Source: the human T2T-CHM13v2.0 reference genome, Homo sapiens. From it: DNA of 64,000 bases. Position 1 is the stretch's first letter. Each line of letters begins with the position of its first letter. Under the pieces are notes generated by a model, which did not search any database, had not been told where the DNA came from, and was given only the letters and a program-made list of their open reading frames with translations. Both the position numbers and the translations under genes were made by a program. The stretch lies in NCBI RefSeq assembly GCF_009914755.1, contig NC_060929.1; one strand, written 5' to 3'. Positions 15,371 through 42,584 of this stretch are shown one piece after another.

Positions 15371-16452
15371 CATAGAATCCAGCTAGGGTTTAATAAGTGC
15401 TTACTAAATTAAGTTATTTTTATTATTATGCCTTCTTTTCAAACCTAAATCTATAGGATTTGGGAGAACTGAGGCTTTGGTAGAAAATTCATATACCAAT
15501 TATTGGCAGATATTTGAGGATCATGTTATATACCATGGGGTCTAATGAATTCAGAGATTAGGGTGACACATCCCTACTGGAATGGTGACTCTTTTTCCTG
15601 CCAGCCCCTTGTCTCAAGGAGCCAGAAGTGCCCAGGCAACAGCAGAAGCTTATACAGATGGGTCCTATGGTTCAACATAAGATTTTATGATTTTTTTACT
15701 TTATAATGGTTTATCATAGGTATTAATTGCATTTTTGACTTAAGATATTTTGGACTTAAAATAGGTTTATCGGGATGTTAACCCTGTTGTAAGTTGGGAA
15801 CCATCTGTAATTCAGCAGGACTCTTGCTATTTTCTCTAGTGGAACTGCGTTCTCTTTGGGAACCAAGACGTCAAAACCTGTAGAACATAAAGTTGGAGGA
15901 CAAGAAGGGATGGGAAGCATAGATTTCCCTAGTGGGTCATTGAGAGTGATGGTAGGTGGGCCAGTAGTGCTTGCTCTCCTGGATTCCCAGACTCATGCAC
16001 CATATATGGATATTTGATTTGAGGAATTACCGTGTCATGTTGGATAATGCCCTGTCTTCATAAAGAGTTGCCTCCAAACTCACCCTTGAACTGTTTTTTC
16101 TGCAGACAGTTCCAATGTTCCAATGTTCTCTCAGGTTGGCAGCTTCTGAGTGGTGCAGTATATATATTACCTGTGAATCCTATGGTTATGGGCCTGTCCC
16201 AACACCTCTTTTGCTTTAAAGTTGGTCCCCTGGTTTGATAGAATGTTACATGGGATCCTGTGCTAGTATATCAAACATTCCCAAACCCTTGAATAGTGGT
16301 GCTGGCTATTGATTTATTTTTTATATGGTAAATCTTTGTGTAAAGTTAGGAAGAGTTCTTTATTGGGGGAAAATAGAACTCATAAGACAGCATTAGGTCA
16401 ATTGGCAGGATATTTTTCTTTCTTAGTGGTACATAAAACAATCATTTCTTAA

Positions 16453-18066
<1,614 letters not shown>

Positions 18067-18078
18067 GTACAACGTGGC

Positions 18079-18632
18079 AGTGATATTAGGGTTCTCCAGA
18101 AGGACAGAACCAATAATATATATGTAGATATAAAAGGAAGTTTATTAGGGAAAATTGGCTCACACAATCACAAGGTGAAGTCCCATGATAGGCTGTCTGC
18201 AAGCTGGAGAAGAGAGAAGCCAGTAGTGGCTCAGTCCAAGTCTGAAAGCCTCAAAACCAAGGAAGCTGATAGATTCCCCCAAGAAGCTGCTGGTGCAAGT
18301 CCCAGAGTCCAAAGTCCAAAGAACCTGGAGTATGATGTCCAAGGGTAGTAGGAGCAGAAGCAAGCATCCAACATGGGAAGAAGAAAGAGAGCCAGAAGAG
18401 TCAGCAGGCAAAGTTATCCCACCTTCTTCTGCCTGCGTTCTTGTAGCTGCGCTGGTAGCCAACTGGATGGTGTCCACCCACATTGAGGGTGGGCCTTCTT
18501 CTCCCAGTCTACCAACTGAAATGTCAGTCTCCTCTGGTAGCACCCTCAGAGACACATCCAGAAACAATGTTTCACTGGCCATCTAGGCATCCCTCAATAT
18601 AATCAAGTTGACACCAAATATTAACCATTACG
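18079..18632. mobile_element. MLT2-type LTR
   Basis: TTAGGGTTCTCCAGA...GTTGACACCAAATATTAACCATTAC; similar to the LTR at 5868. Confidence 0.8.
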
Positions 18633-19087
18633 GTAGTAATCTCTAAAATATTTCACATCTGTTAGCTTCTCTATTTCCCACCTTAATTTAGGTCCTTATC
18701 AATTTTGCCCTGCTCACTGGAAGTGGCTTTTTAACCTGTCTCCCTGCTTCTAGTGTCACTTCTGCATTAGTGGCAATGCCAAAATAAAGTCTGATTCTTT
18801 TAAACATTTATTTAAAATAAACCTTCCCATATCTTTCCATCTTCATAGACTGATTTTTAAACTCTTTAACACATGACAGTCTCAGGCTCACCTGCTACTT
18901 TCTTACCTGGAGTCGTGTGTTTCTAGTCTACTAGAGCTATTTCCTCTTGGCTGAGAAAGCTGAATTTTACTTTCCTCATTATTTGTGCTTGTTTCTTCTT
19001 TCCTACTGCTTAGAATGCCTTTCCACAATCATTAGTGTTCCACATTCTTGCCTGCTGCTTCCCTAGATCAAGCTTCAAACTTGAAGA

Positions 19088-22916
<3,829 letters not shown>

Positions 22917-23394
22917 AAGATTTTTTTTATATATGAGCTTGTGGGATAAAGTTTATTTTGCAAGTAATCCAAAAGGAGAGAGTTTTTCAGAAGAGCTGGT
23001 TTGCCCTTGAGAAAAGGTCAATGTATTATATATGAGCACTATTGATATACTTCTGTATTATTTAAGCTGTGAAATATTTTTTTTGGTTTAGTGTTCATAG
23101 TTGATACCTTTTTAACTTTGCATGTAATATCCATCCAGTATATCCTCAAATTATATAAATTTTGTTCATATGATTTATCTCCTTTTCTACTCTTTCACTT
23201 AATTATGCTATTTTTTTCCTTTTGCCTTTAAATATATAAGTTTATTTCGGAGTGGCATAGCCCAACTGCCTTTTTCATAATTTTAATTTTAAGTCAACAG
23301 AGATCAAAGAGTTTATTGAGCTCTTTAGTTACGAAAGGAACCAGTAAGATGTTACAGCTAGTCAAAAGGAGAATTAAAAAAATACATGTATATT

Positions 23395-23648
23395 TAGGCC
23401 AAGCTTGTCCAACCCACAGCTCACAGGCCACATGCATCCCTTTGATGTGGATAGCTTTGAATGTGGCTCAACGCAAATTCGTAACCTTTCTTAAAACATG
23501 ATGGGGTGTTTTTTTTTTTTTTTTTTGCGATTAAAAAAACATTTTTTTAAAGCTCATCAGCTATCAGTAGTGTTACGGTATTTTATGTGTGGCCCAAGAC
23601 AATTCTCCTAATGTGGCCCAAGGAAGCCAAAAGATTGGACACCCCTGG
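23395..23648. mobile_element. MER30-like hAT-Charlie element
   Basis: TGTCCAA ... TTGGACACCCCTG termini. Confidence 0.7.
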
Positions 23649-25225
23649 TTTAGGCAATTAGGAATGCTAAAATTAATTTAGAGGTAGATGTAAAACTGGT
23701 CATTATTCAAATGCAATAATCACATTTCAGGGGAAAACTTTATTTGCATTTTTACTGAGAATCATTGGCATTGCTATCCATTGCAACAGTTATGAAAAAG
23801 AATATAGAAGGCACAAAGAGTGTGCTAGACAGTAATCTTTTTTGCTTACTTCAAATTCTTCCATAATTTTTTCTGACAGCCTGTGTCTACCTCATGACCA
23901 TAATAATCTCAGAGATAGTCTTGATGACAAGAAGTTTGGTCTTATGTTTGGCTTGCTTATTGGCATGGGTGCAGCAAGATTGTTCATTAACAATAAATGG
24001 GCCTCCTTAAGTTTGCTGAACAGTATTGACTTACTAAAGTCACAAAATTAACTTTTGTCTGGAAGTTTTCATAAGGAATGTCAGATTGAACTTTAAAAAT
24101 CCTTTATTATTTGCTATCTAAGGGATAGGAAACTAAGTCTCAGAAACTCTCTCTACTAGGTTTCACCTGCAGTACCTATAAATTGGAGTGAATCTCACTC
24201 TACGAAAGGTCCCCCATATTTCCTGTGGTTCCTGTCCTGTCAGGAAGTGTATGACCTTCCTTAAAATCTCCAAGGCTGGGCCATGTAAGCCAAGCACCAG
24301 GTCAGCTTATATGGGAGGTCTTTGTAGGCATTGGTTCCATAAGGAAAGCCAACCTTTGTTCCTTAAAAAAAAGTATCTGGTCCTACCTACCATTCCATTT
24401 TCAAATACGAAATCCAGGTGAGATGTTAGTTGGACAGGTAACTTGTCCACTTATATCTTGGTTAAAGGAGGCAGACAGATTCTTATTTAACTGTTGCAGG
24501 TAACTACCATGAAAACTAAGGAGACTTAGTTAAGAAATCTGAATTTGGGTTGGGATGGGGTGTCAGTGAGATGCGAGATCAGATATGATTTTAGAATGTT
24601 TGATTTTAGTTTACAAAAGCAGAGTCTACTAAAATGTGTAAATGACAGCTAGCTTAAGAGGAAAAAAGCCTTCTTCATATATCCAGAAAATAGAATATTA
24701 AAATAATATTAACAGTATTGCAAACAAATGGCCACAGAGAGATATTCTCCATAAGCTCATTCAGTCCTTATGTAATTCTTATTTCATTGTATATGTTAGG
24801 GATCAGCTTGCATGATTCTGTCTGTTTCTAGAAGGACTAGTCCTGGAAATCTCACTCAGTCCAGTGATAGGGTCTAAAAGTTGTCAAAGCAGTCAACTTT
24901 AGAACCTTCTACCCAAGACTCTATTCTTTGAAGTATTAATAGTTCTTCACAAGGCTTGGAGTCTGTCCTTTAGGACATAGACTCTGATCTATAGCTTACA
25001 GCACAGCCTTTGGGCAAGCATCTAAAGAAAACAAAAGCTGTCTGAAGATGACAGATTTAATGATCATGGTAAATTTGTTACCGGTAATTGTTAAATATTG
25101 AGGGTCTGAGGAAGGTTCATGATAAGAATAATGCTACTGATAAATTTTTTTCTATGACATGCAAAATAAAGGTAATAAAGCCATTTAAAAAATACTAGGC
25201 AAAAAATCTGATTAAGCTTATTTTC

Positions 25226-31755
<6,530 letters not shown>

Positions 31756-32344
31756 CTGATTAAGCTTATTTTCAAAGAAGAAACCTGATTTATGAAAATG
31801 AGCAGATATAATTTTTCATATCAAGAATATAAAGTAAATAGATTTAGCAGTATAATTATGAAATCATTGTTTTTACCTCTCAGACCTCTTTAGAGGATCT
31901 TGGAGACTCTGGGAAAGACTTACTTTGTCATAAAGTGTCAGTTTGTTCCAGAACATTGAAAAAGCACAATGAAAGACAAAATGGGAACTGAGTTCACCTG
32001 TAGATGTAGAATAGGGTCCAGACATTTATATTTTTACAGAATGCCATGTGTAAGTCTGATGTACATCCCTAGTGAAGAACCACTGAAGAAGATGTTAGAT
32101 TCAAGTTAGGAAAGAGGTAAGGTTAGAGACGTTTTAAAAAGTGAAATTATGACTGGCAACACTGTACTATTGCATCAGGCAGCATACCTTCAAGACTTTG
32201 ATAAATATAGGGAAACTCTATAGAATTACTTTATAGAATTTTGAGCAGTGTTTCTCCTGAGGGTAAAAGTATACTTTGGATGGTGAGAGAACTTACAAAT
32301 CATGAGGGACTCCCGTAAAGCATACACACACACACACAAAAAAT

Positions 32345-32870
<526 letters not shown>

Positions 32871-34572
32871 TAACATTTTATCTATTCTCTTTAATCTTGG
32901 AAAAGTGTAGTCTTTTCTGGTTTGACAACTCTTACCATACAACTCTTAAATAGTAATACATCTAAAAAAAATAATTTCTAGAATCCCTTCCTTTATAATG
33001 AAATAATAAACCTTTGTGCTTTTCCTGGGGCTCTCTCTGAGAAATCTCAAAAGTTTTCTGGGTGAATTTCTTCTTCTAAATTTTTAATTTGATCTTAAAA
33101 AGACAAAAGGAGTTGTCAGAGGAGAGTTGAATATTTGATTAGTGTAGGATTCGTGGGTATCAGAAAAACTATTTGGTTATCAATTTAATTGAAGTGACAA
33201 AACATTTAGAAGTAAACATAGAAAGTGACATGGTTGTAAATAACCACAGCTCTTTCATAAATAGGGAACCTTTTCTCTTTAGTCTTTTTTTCTTCTTTTT
33301 TTCCCTTCTTTAGTCTTTTTTTTTTTTTAAACAGACCTAATAAAGTCAACAGAATCTCTGCTGTCTAGGCTGATTACAAGGAAGGTAAAGAATAACTTTT
33401 TATCCAGTGTAATGGCTCTGAGGAAAAAAAACTCTCATAAGCGAAAGCATTAAACAGTAAATTAAGAAAGTAATTCCATACAAACTGAGTGACCTTTGCT
33501 AGAATATTAACACCTTTTATAGCTTATTTTAACCCAAGTGTTTTAAATCAAAGCAGATAAAATTCAGTTTCCAAGTTTTATCTTTCATTGTGCTTTTTCA
33601 GTTTTCTGGAACAAACTGACATTTTAGGACAAAATGTGTCTCCCCCAGGTTCTCTAAGATCCCCTAATTGGGTCTGCAAGGTAAAAATAATTTTCATGAT
33701 TATACTAAGAATTATTTATTTTAATATGCAAATATTGTTCAAATAAAGATTATCTTGGTGTTAATTTTTAATATGGTAAATATCAAAACACACAAGAAAA
33801 ACTCCAGGATTGTCAGTGTTTTATGAGTTTAAAGGTAACACTGACCAAAATGTTTGAAAGCCACTAAACTACTTTTTTTCCTTGAAGCAAAAGCAATTAC
33901 AGTTTTTATTTCTGTCACTGTTATTCCTAGTGTAGTTGCAACCACTTATGTTAATTATATCTTTTAATCATAGTAACTTCTATTTCATAAAGGAAATTGG
34001 GAGCAGGGAGATGGGAAACTGGGAGATGTCATACACAAGCATTGTCTACTGTTTTCAGTTACCTGAAGATTTTGGAAATTATCTTCAAGATGATGTTTTT
34101 CAAAACATAAATACTGTTGAATAAATGACTAAATTTAGTTGAACACAGATTTCCGTTTTCATACTCTTAAACATCATGAAGGAATAATACTAGCTTATTT
34201 GGCTAGTAAACCTCTATACATTAGGAAAAACAAACCCAAGTAGAGTAAGTGTATTAAGCTTTACACTGATAATAGGGAGAAGATGTTTTGGTTTTTTTTA
34301 AACTAAAGGTATTAGTCTCATTTACCAAAGATTTCACTTAATTATGTAAACTTGGATTCTTAAAATGATTCTGATTCTTGTAATACGTTTTTTCAAAAGT
34401 TTAATATAGTTTAAAGTATATTTTTCAAAAGTGCAAGTTCAATTTCTTTACTTTCTGAGATTTTAGGAATATTTACCTTGATAACATTTCTCTTTTATTC
34501 ATCTTTATAAACAAATTTGAATAGAATTCCTTTAAGAGACTTTGTAATTTAATGTGTTAATACTTCCGTAGG

Positions 34573-34898
<326 letters not shown>

Positions 34899-35965
34899 TG
34901 CATTTCTCAGAGGCTTAGACTTGTCTTTCACTCTTCCTTAAGCTCTTTTCCTAGATACCTGCACAGTTCACTATCTTTATATCTTTACTAAGATACCATC
35001 TAATTGGGGTATCTAAAGTAGGCCTGTCTAATAAGCCTGTCTTAAAGTATCTAAAGTAATCATCTCTGGACCCTTTATCTTGCTGATTTTTTCCTTTTTA
35101 GTACTAAATGCGTAATATTTATTTGCCTCCCCATAGTGAAAGCAGGGGCTTTTATTTCCGCATTTCCAACAGAAACATGACAGGCATCTAGTAGGCACTA
35201 AATGTTTGCTGAATAAATGAATGAAGTGAGATTACAGAGAAATGGGGAGAGAGATTATGAACAGTAATACATTTTTATATGCTTTAAAGCTATAAATTAT
35301 CTTTCTTCTCCAACATTTTATAGGGAAATTCCCTGTGTGGGAAAATCTCCGGCCCATGCTTGAATTTCTACCGGTTAAATATTTTAAGGAGTAAATATTC
35401 CTTAACAAGTTAAGACCCTGGGATAAGGTTGTCATTTAATTTTTTAATATGTAAGATATTTTGGGAATGAAGGGATTTGAATTAGAGATAATGTTTGGAA
35501 CACTAATTATATAGAGTTAAGCAGCCCCAGGTCAGATGCCACTATTGTAAACACCTCAGGCAATCATGGGAGAATGAAAGATTGGATTATCTTGAGAGGT
35601 AGACAGCAAAAAACATTTATAGAGCGAGGGAAATGGAGGGGAGGAAAGGACTGAGACAATTTTATATTACTAAGAGTTGGCAGGCAGATATGATTTACCT
35701 TTCCCTAAGGTTCTACTTCTTGTGTTGGCCTGGGAGGAGGAAAGAGAAGCTAATTTTTTAAATCCCTCAACTAGGAAAACAGTCCTGTGTCTTTGACATC
35801 CATTCTGGAATTAGAGTCCCTCTTATGTACCAGGCTTGGCTGTGGTGCTGGTAGTAAATACAGTGGTGGACAAAGTTTCATATTCAAGCACTGCCTCCTA
35901 TCCCTGCTTTATTTTTCATTTCCTGATTTTGAAGTTTGAATATTAATAATTTCATTGTCTTGTAG

Positions 35966-36065
35966 GGGATGAAAGAACTATGGTCTTTGTTGAAACTAAG
36001 AAAAAAGCAGATTTTATTGCAACTTTTCTTTGTCAAGAAAAAATATCAACTACAAGTATTCATGG
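35966..36065 (+). CDS. DDX4: DDX4 exon (probably 19), 100 bp, motif IV
   Basis: tgtag|GG...GG|gtgagt; [32 protein letters not shown]. Confidence 0.98.
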
Positions 36066-36811
36066 GTGAGTAGATGAATATAATTACCTATTAGGGGAAT
36101 GACTTCTATTTGGTATTTAAGAAACATCAGTTTATATAACTAATATGATATAATCCTAGGATTGGGATTCAGAATTCTCTCAGATCTAAACTGTTATTCT
36201 CCTTTATATGAGGAAAAGGATAATACCCAGGAGTACTAAACTATTATTTTTCATCCTCATTCTTAGTTTTTAGAACTAAGTGGTTGTGGTGGGTAAGATA
36301 AAGGTCTGCCTTACTCTCAAAATAAGGAGTGGAAATTTCTCAAGAGATCTCACTTAAGGATCTCTGGCCCCTTATCAAATTTTCCTTTGCTAAATCTAAT
36401 CTTTCTTAGAGCTTTTTAAAATTGGAGTGCTTTAAAATGTCATATTAATACCGTTTTATGGGCACTTCATTAGTAGATCCTAAAATATCACGTAGTATAT
36501 AGTGTTGTGAAATTATACTTTAAAAATATGTTTTTAAGCAAGCATTCTAATCAAGTAGTTGTATATTTTATGTCAAGACTATAAAGCATAGAGATTATAA
36601 TAGGATTTGATTTTTGTCAGACTTGAGATTGTAGTCTGTCTCTACATATTAGCTGTTACTTTACCTCATTTGCAAATGGGGATAATTTTTGCAACTCAAA
36701 GTATTATATTGAGGATTAAATAAAATGGTAGCTTGGAAGGAATTAGTATAGTACCTGGTATGTAAGAAGTGAACATTAATGTTAAATGCTGCTATTCTTT
36801 TTTTTTTTTGA

Positions 36812-37063
<252 letters not shown>

Positions 37064-37193
37064 TGAGCCACTGCGCCCAGCCAAATGCTGCTATTCATAC
37101 TATTATTAAAAAGAAATTTGTATGTTGAACTTTAATGATTCACTTTAATGATTTTAAGAGTGGTTCTAATAACATGCTTTCTTTTCTTTCAAG

Positions 37194-37464
37194 TGATCGG
37201 GAACAGAGAGAGCGGGAGCAAGCTCTTGGAGATTTTCGCTTTGGAAAGTGCCCAGTTCTTGTTGCTACTTCAGTAGCTGCCAGAGGGCTGGATATTGAAA
37301 ATGTGCAACATGTTATCAATTTTGATCTTCCTTCTACCATTGATGAATATGTTCATCGAATTGGGCGTACTGGTCGTTGTGGGAATACTGGCAGAGCAAT
37401 TTCCTTTTTTGATCTTGAATCGGATAACCATTTAGCACAGCCTCTAGTAAAAGTATTGACAGAT
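37194..37464 (+). CDS. DDX4: DDX4 exon (probably 20), 271 bp, motifs V and VI
   Basis: tcaag|T...GAT|gtaagt; [11 protein letters not shown]...ARGLD...[11 protein letters not shown]...LTD. Confidence 0.98.
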
Positions 37465-37605
37465 GTAAGTTAAACTTTTATGATGGAATGGATAGTTTTC
37501 TTACTTTGTTGTTGAAAGTAGACATTTTATGCATGTGTATATAACAAGTAAACTTTTCCAATATTTAATACTTTATGTTGCATATGAAGTCAATTTTTTT
37601 TAAAG

Positions 37606-37716
37606 GCTCAACAGGATGTTCCTGCATGGTTGGAAGAAATTGCCTTTAGTACATACATTCCTGGCTTCAGTGGTAGTACAAGAGGAAACGTGTTTGCATC
37701 AGTTGATACCAGAAAG
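37606..37716 (+). CDS. DDX4: DDX4 exon (probably 21), 111 bp
   Basis: taaag|GCT...AAG|gttagt; AQQDVPAWLEE...VDTRK. Confidence 0.97.
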
Positions 37717-37998
37717 GTTAGTAGAAAGGAAAACTTGAGAACTTGTCTTCTAGTTACTCTTTGTAAATGTTGTGCTTAATATTGTGAAGTAACTATAATA
37801 TTTAATAATCAAGCCATTGTTTTCGTGCCTGGAAGGTAGCTACTTTATTATTTCATTAACATTTTATGTATATACATATTTTTGGTTTTAAAGGTCAGGA
37901 ATTAACTTTGAGATTTATGCCTAAACAGTCTCCTTTCCCAGATTTTAAATTTTAATTTGGAATCTTTTAAACTTCTGATGGAATTATTTAATTTTTGA

Positions 37999-38257
<259 letters not shown>

Positions 38258-38755
38258 TAATAGAGACAGGGTTTCACCATGTTGGCCAGGCTGGTCTCAA
38301 ACTCCTGGCCTCAAGTGATCCACCTGCTTCAACCTCCCAAAGTGCTGAGATTACAGGCGTGAGCCACTGCGCCCAGCCACGAGGCTACAAGTCTTTTCTG
38401 GTATGTCAGGTTTTTATAGGCTGAACACCGCCTTTATTCAGAAACAATGAGCATGTTAATTAAATATTTATGCTGATTCATTGAGTGTAGTGCATTAAGT
38501 TTTCCCCACTTGTCAAAACTATTGACTTAAAAAATATTTTTCTTGAAACATTTTGTGCAATTTAGATTTCCTCATTTGACAGGAGCCTTTTTTCAGGTGA
38601 ATCAGATTTAGTGAGAATAAAGTTCTTTGATTATTTGGGGAAGACATGGTAGATACTTTGAGTCCTTGCTCTCAGTCTGAGTGATGTAACTTTAAAGCTG
38701 TCATAAAATTAAATGTTTGTTTGTTTCTTTTTTTTTTTTTTTAAATAATTACCAG

Positions 38756-38833
38756 GGCAAGAGCACTTTGAACACAGCTGGGTTTTCTTCTTCACAAGCT
38801 CCCAATCCAGTAGATGATGAGTCATGGGATTAA
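38756..38833 (+). CDS. DDX4: DDX4 terminal coding exon, through the TAA stop
   Basis: accag|GGC; GKSTLNTAGFSSSQAPNPVDDESWD*, the Vasa-type acidic/Trp C-terminus. Confidence 0.98.
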   Translation, partial: GKSTLNTAGFSSSQAPNPVDDESWD

Positions 38834-39412
38834 AGCCAAAACATCCTTCAAGTCTGTGGTTTTGATGCAGAGAAGAAAATAGTTTTGATTTTTGAGTTTT
38901 TAACAGAAGTATAAAACTTAACATTCTCATAGCTCCTGTCCTTGTATTCTCACTCCTACACTTAAAAAAAAAATCCTTACTGACTAGTTATGTGAGATGC
39001 TAAAACTTACAACATTGCAGTTACTGATACAAATGGTGTTAACTGGGAATATTAAAGCATTCTAAATGTCTTTCTTATTTCTGGTATATTCTTTAGGGGG
39101 CTTAGACATGTTTAATGTTTAAATGCCAAGTCTTACTATAGTGTTTATTGATCTTATAAAACAAGCAAATAGGATATGATACACTTTTGGTTAAAAATTA
39201 CTGGGTCTCATTTTTACTTGAGTCTTTAAAACAGTAGTGTGTCACTATAATGTGATAATCTTTAAGAGAAAGTAGAATACTTAAGCCTTTCAAAGTGATT
39301 TTGATTTTTAGATCATCAGATGTATGATGAAAATGGTTAAATGTTTGTGATGGGAGCTCTGTACTCAATGGCATAACAATGTTTATTTTTATAATATACA
39401 ATCTTTCCTTGA

Positions 39413-39418
39413 AATAAA
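39413..39418 (+). terminator. DDX4 polyadenylation signal AATAAA (distal); a possible proximal ATTAAA lies at 39051-39056
   Basis: First AATAAA after the stop (~580 nt downstream), followed by T/GT-rich sequence. Confidence 0.8.
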
Positions 39419-39777
39419 GGATGAAACACTTTTCCCTTAAGTTTTCCATCAGCACTTTAAATTTTTCTTTGTTGCATATCCTAGCCCAAACTCCTATATT
39501 TTTGAAACTGTTTTTTTGTGTCTTGCGTAACCAGTGCAGTGAACAAAGTCTTACATAAATTAAATATTAATGTATAAACATTACTGCACAGATGTGGCAA
39601 TGAAAATCAATCTTAGAACTCAAACCCGTTTATCAACAAAAAACAATGCTGCTTACTCTTTCCATAAGTTTTTGATTCATATTTTAAGATTGATGAAAGA
39701 ACCCTGTCTTTCTTCATTTTCCATTATATATCTTGAACTTACTATGCCTAGAATAATGAAGTTCTTTTTTTTTTTGA

Positions 39778-39888
<111 letters not shown>

Positions 39889-41224
39889 TAGCTGGGATTA
39901 CAGACACGCGCCACAATGCCCAGCTAATTTTTAGTAGAGACGGGTTTCACTATGTTGGCCAGCCTGGTCTCGAACTCCTGACCTCGTGATCCGCCCGCCT
40001 CCACCTCTCAAAGTGCTGGGATTACACGCGTGAGCCACCGCACCCAGCCCGAAGTTATTAATTAATTGTTAAATGAACGAACCCAAATATTTAAGACCCA
40101 GTGAGGTGTAAATACTGGGGAGACAAAAATGATTGGTATTAAGTGTTACTGTTCACCTAAACAATCCAAAGTGACATGTCCCTGATGTATATCTTGTTAT
40201 AGGAATTTAGTTAATAAATGAGGCATCACATATGAAAAAGGAAGGCATATCAACAGATAGTGTTAGAATAACTGGGTAGATGCCTACCTCATGCCATATT
40301 TAAAATTAACTTCATGTGAATTATAAAATATTAAAGCTAATAGTTAAATATTAACCCTTTGAAGGGTTGACTTTAAGCTAAGGAACAGAAATCAAAAAAG
40401 AAACAACAGATTTGATCACTCAAGGAAAGATTAGTTGCCTACATAAAAAATAGTGAAAAGTAGACAAGGAAAAATATTACTGTGACCACAGTGGTTATCA
40501 GTGTTCTTTATATGTGGATATACTAATAGAAGAATACAAAGAACATAGAAACTCAAAAAGGGCACCAGCATGGCACATGTATACATATGTAACAAACCTG
40601 CATGTTGTGCACATGTACTCTAGAACTTCGAGTATAATAATAAAAAGAAAAAATGTTGACAACAAGAAAAACTCAAAAAGGGAAGTTCAATTAATAAAAA
40701 TATGGGACATATTTCACTTTTCTTCTGTTATCTCACTTCTGGGAAAGGCTAAATGAATGAAGGTGTTTGGATTGTTATTTGTAATATCTGTATGTCTTAA
40801 TTTTCTAGTTTCGTTTAGGAAGAGTATAGGCCAGTCTTGTCTCATTTTTTTCATTGCTTTTTTTTTTTTTAACAGATTGCTCCCTCTGAACTGATTCCTT
40901 TTAAGCTTTTGCTTGATTTGTCAGATTACCATAGTAGCATTACTGAATCAAATATAAAAAAGGAAAGGAAATGTATCATACATCTACCACCATTACAGAT
41001 GAACTGTAAATGTCCCTATGTTTAATTACTCTCCTCATTTCTAGGTATAGGTTTGAATCATCTCTTTAAAAATTATCAAAGTAACATGCATAAATTAGAA
41101 AAGAAAATGCCATAGAAGCATTTATAATAGAAAGCAATATTTTTCTGCCCCTCCCCTTCCAAATTGCCATTCCACATCCAACAATCAGCTATTATTAACA
41201 ATTTCTGTTCACTGCCATCATATA

Positions 41225-41582
41225 CAGGTTGAGTATCCCTTATCTGAAATGCTCGGGACCAGAAATGTTTCAGATATCAGATTTTTTTTTGGATTTTGGA
41301 ATATTTGCATAATATATAATGAGAGATCTTGGAGATGGGACCCAAGCCTAAACATGAAATTCATTTGTTTCATTATACCTCATATACAACTTGAAGATAA
41401 GTTTTGATATTTTAAGTAATTTTGTGCATGAAACAAAGTTTGTGTACCTTGAGCTGTCTGAAAACTAAGGTGTCACTATCTTAGTCACATGTGGACAATC
41501 TGAGGCATCACATTGGTGCTCAAGGTTTCAGGTTTAGGAGCATTTGGGATTTTGAATTTTTGGATTAGGGATGCTCAACCTG
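41225..41582. mobile_element. Tigger4/MER46-like MITE
   Basis: TIRs CAGGTTGAGTATCCCT / AGGGATGCTCAACCTG flanked by TA. Confidence 0.85.
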
Positions 41583-42584
41583 TATTTTTATGTCACCAAC
41601 CAGAACGTCTGTTGACTTTGATATATGAAGATTTAACTCACATCTCTGACTCGCCGTAGAAGTATACCTGTGAGATGATTTTAAAGGCACCTTTTCCTTT
41701 CCTCTATTTGTATGTCATAACATCTGTAAACTGCACATTTACATTTCCCAAGTTAACATTTGCATTTTCTATAACCATAAAGTCTCCCTTATATACACAG
41801 ATTCCAGAATTGAAAATCAAAAGCATGTGTTTATATAAATATTGTTCACTGGATGGGCCAATTCACACAGTCTTGATTGCCTCACCTTTACTATCTTCCT
41901 AATTTTATGACTTTTGTGTCTGCAGGGAGAATGGGAAGTGTCAGGGTCAAATGAAAACTGCCCAAAGCCATTCCACATACCAGCTTGCTTTGAATTTGGA
42001 TCACACAATTTTTGAGCAATTTGTTTACCCTGTTTGTAGTGTTTTTTTGTTTTGAAGGAGACAGATCATGCATTTTTCATATTACCTTCCCAGGTTTGAT
42101 GTTAATTTTCTTAAAAGATCCCAAAAGATATTGGTTGTCTTCACTTTTATGATGAATGCGACTTGTGTGTGATACTCAGGGTGCTTTGAAAATTGTTTTT
42201 TTTTTTTTTCTTGGTCCCTAGGAGTGTTTTTTGTATTTGATAATTTTTTTCCCAAGTTTTCTCTGTTCTCTATTTTTGGAGCTTCTATTAGATTCCAGAA
42301 CTGAATTCTCTATTGTATCTTTCCTGTTTTTTTCATCTTTTATATTCTAGTATATATTTTTTACTTTCAACCGTTTTATTAGCAATTGTTTTTAATTCTC
42401 CAGAGCTCGCTTGCTCACTCTATATATGTTTAAATGTTGCTTAATAATAGTGAATTTTCTGCTTTACTAGTGCTTTTTAAATTCCTGGAATTTAACCTAA
42501 GAAATCATGTCTTATGTTGATCATTTGTTTTTCTGCTGCTTGGTGTCAGATATCTTAACCCTTGATCATTTTATAAGTTGTAGG

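Noticed and set aside
18160-18586. 140-aa and 97-aa ORFs
   Set aside because: They lie within an MLT2 LTR
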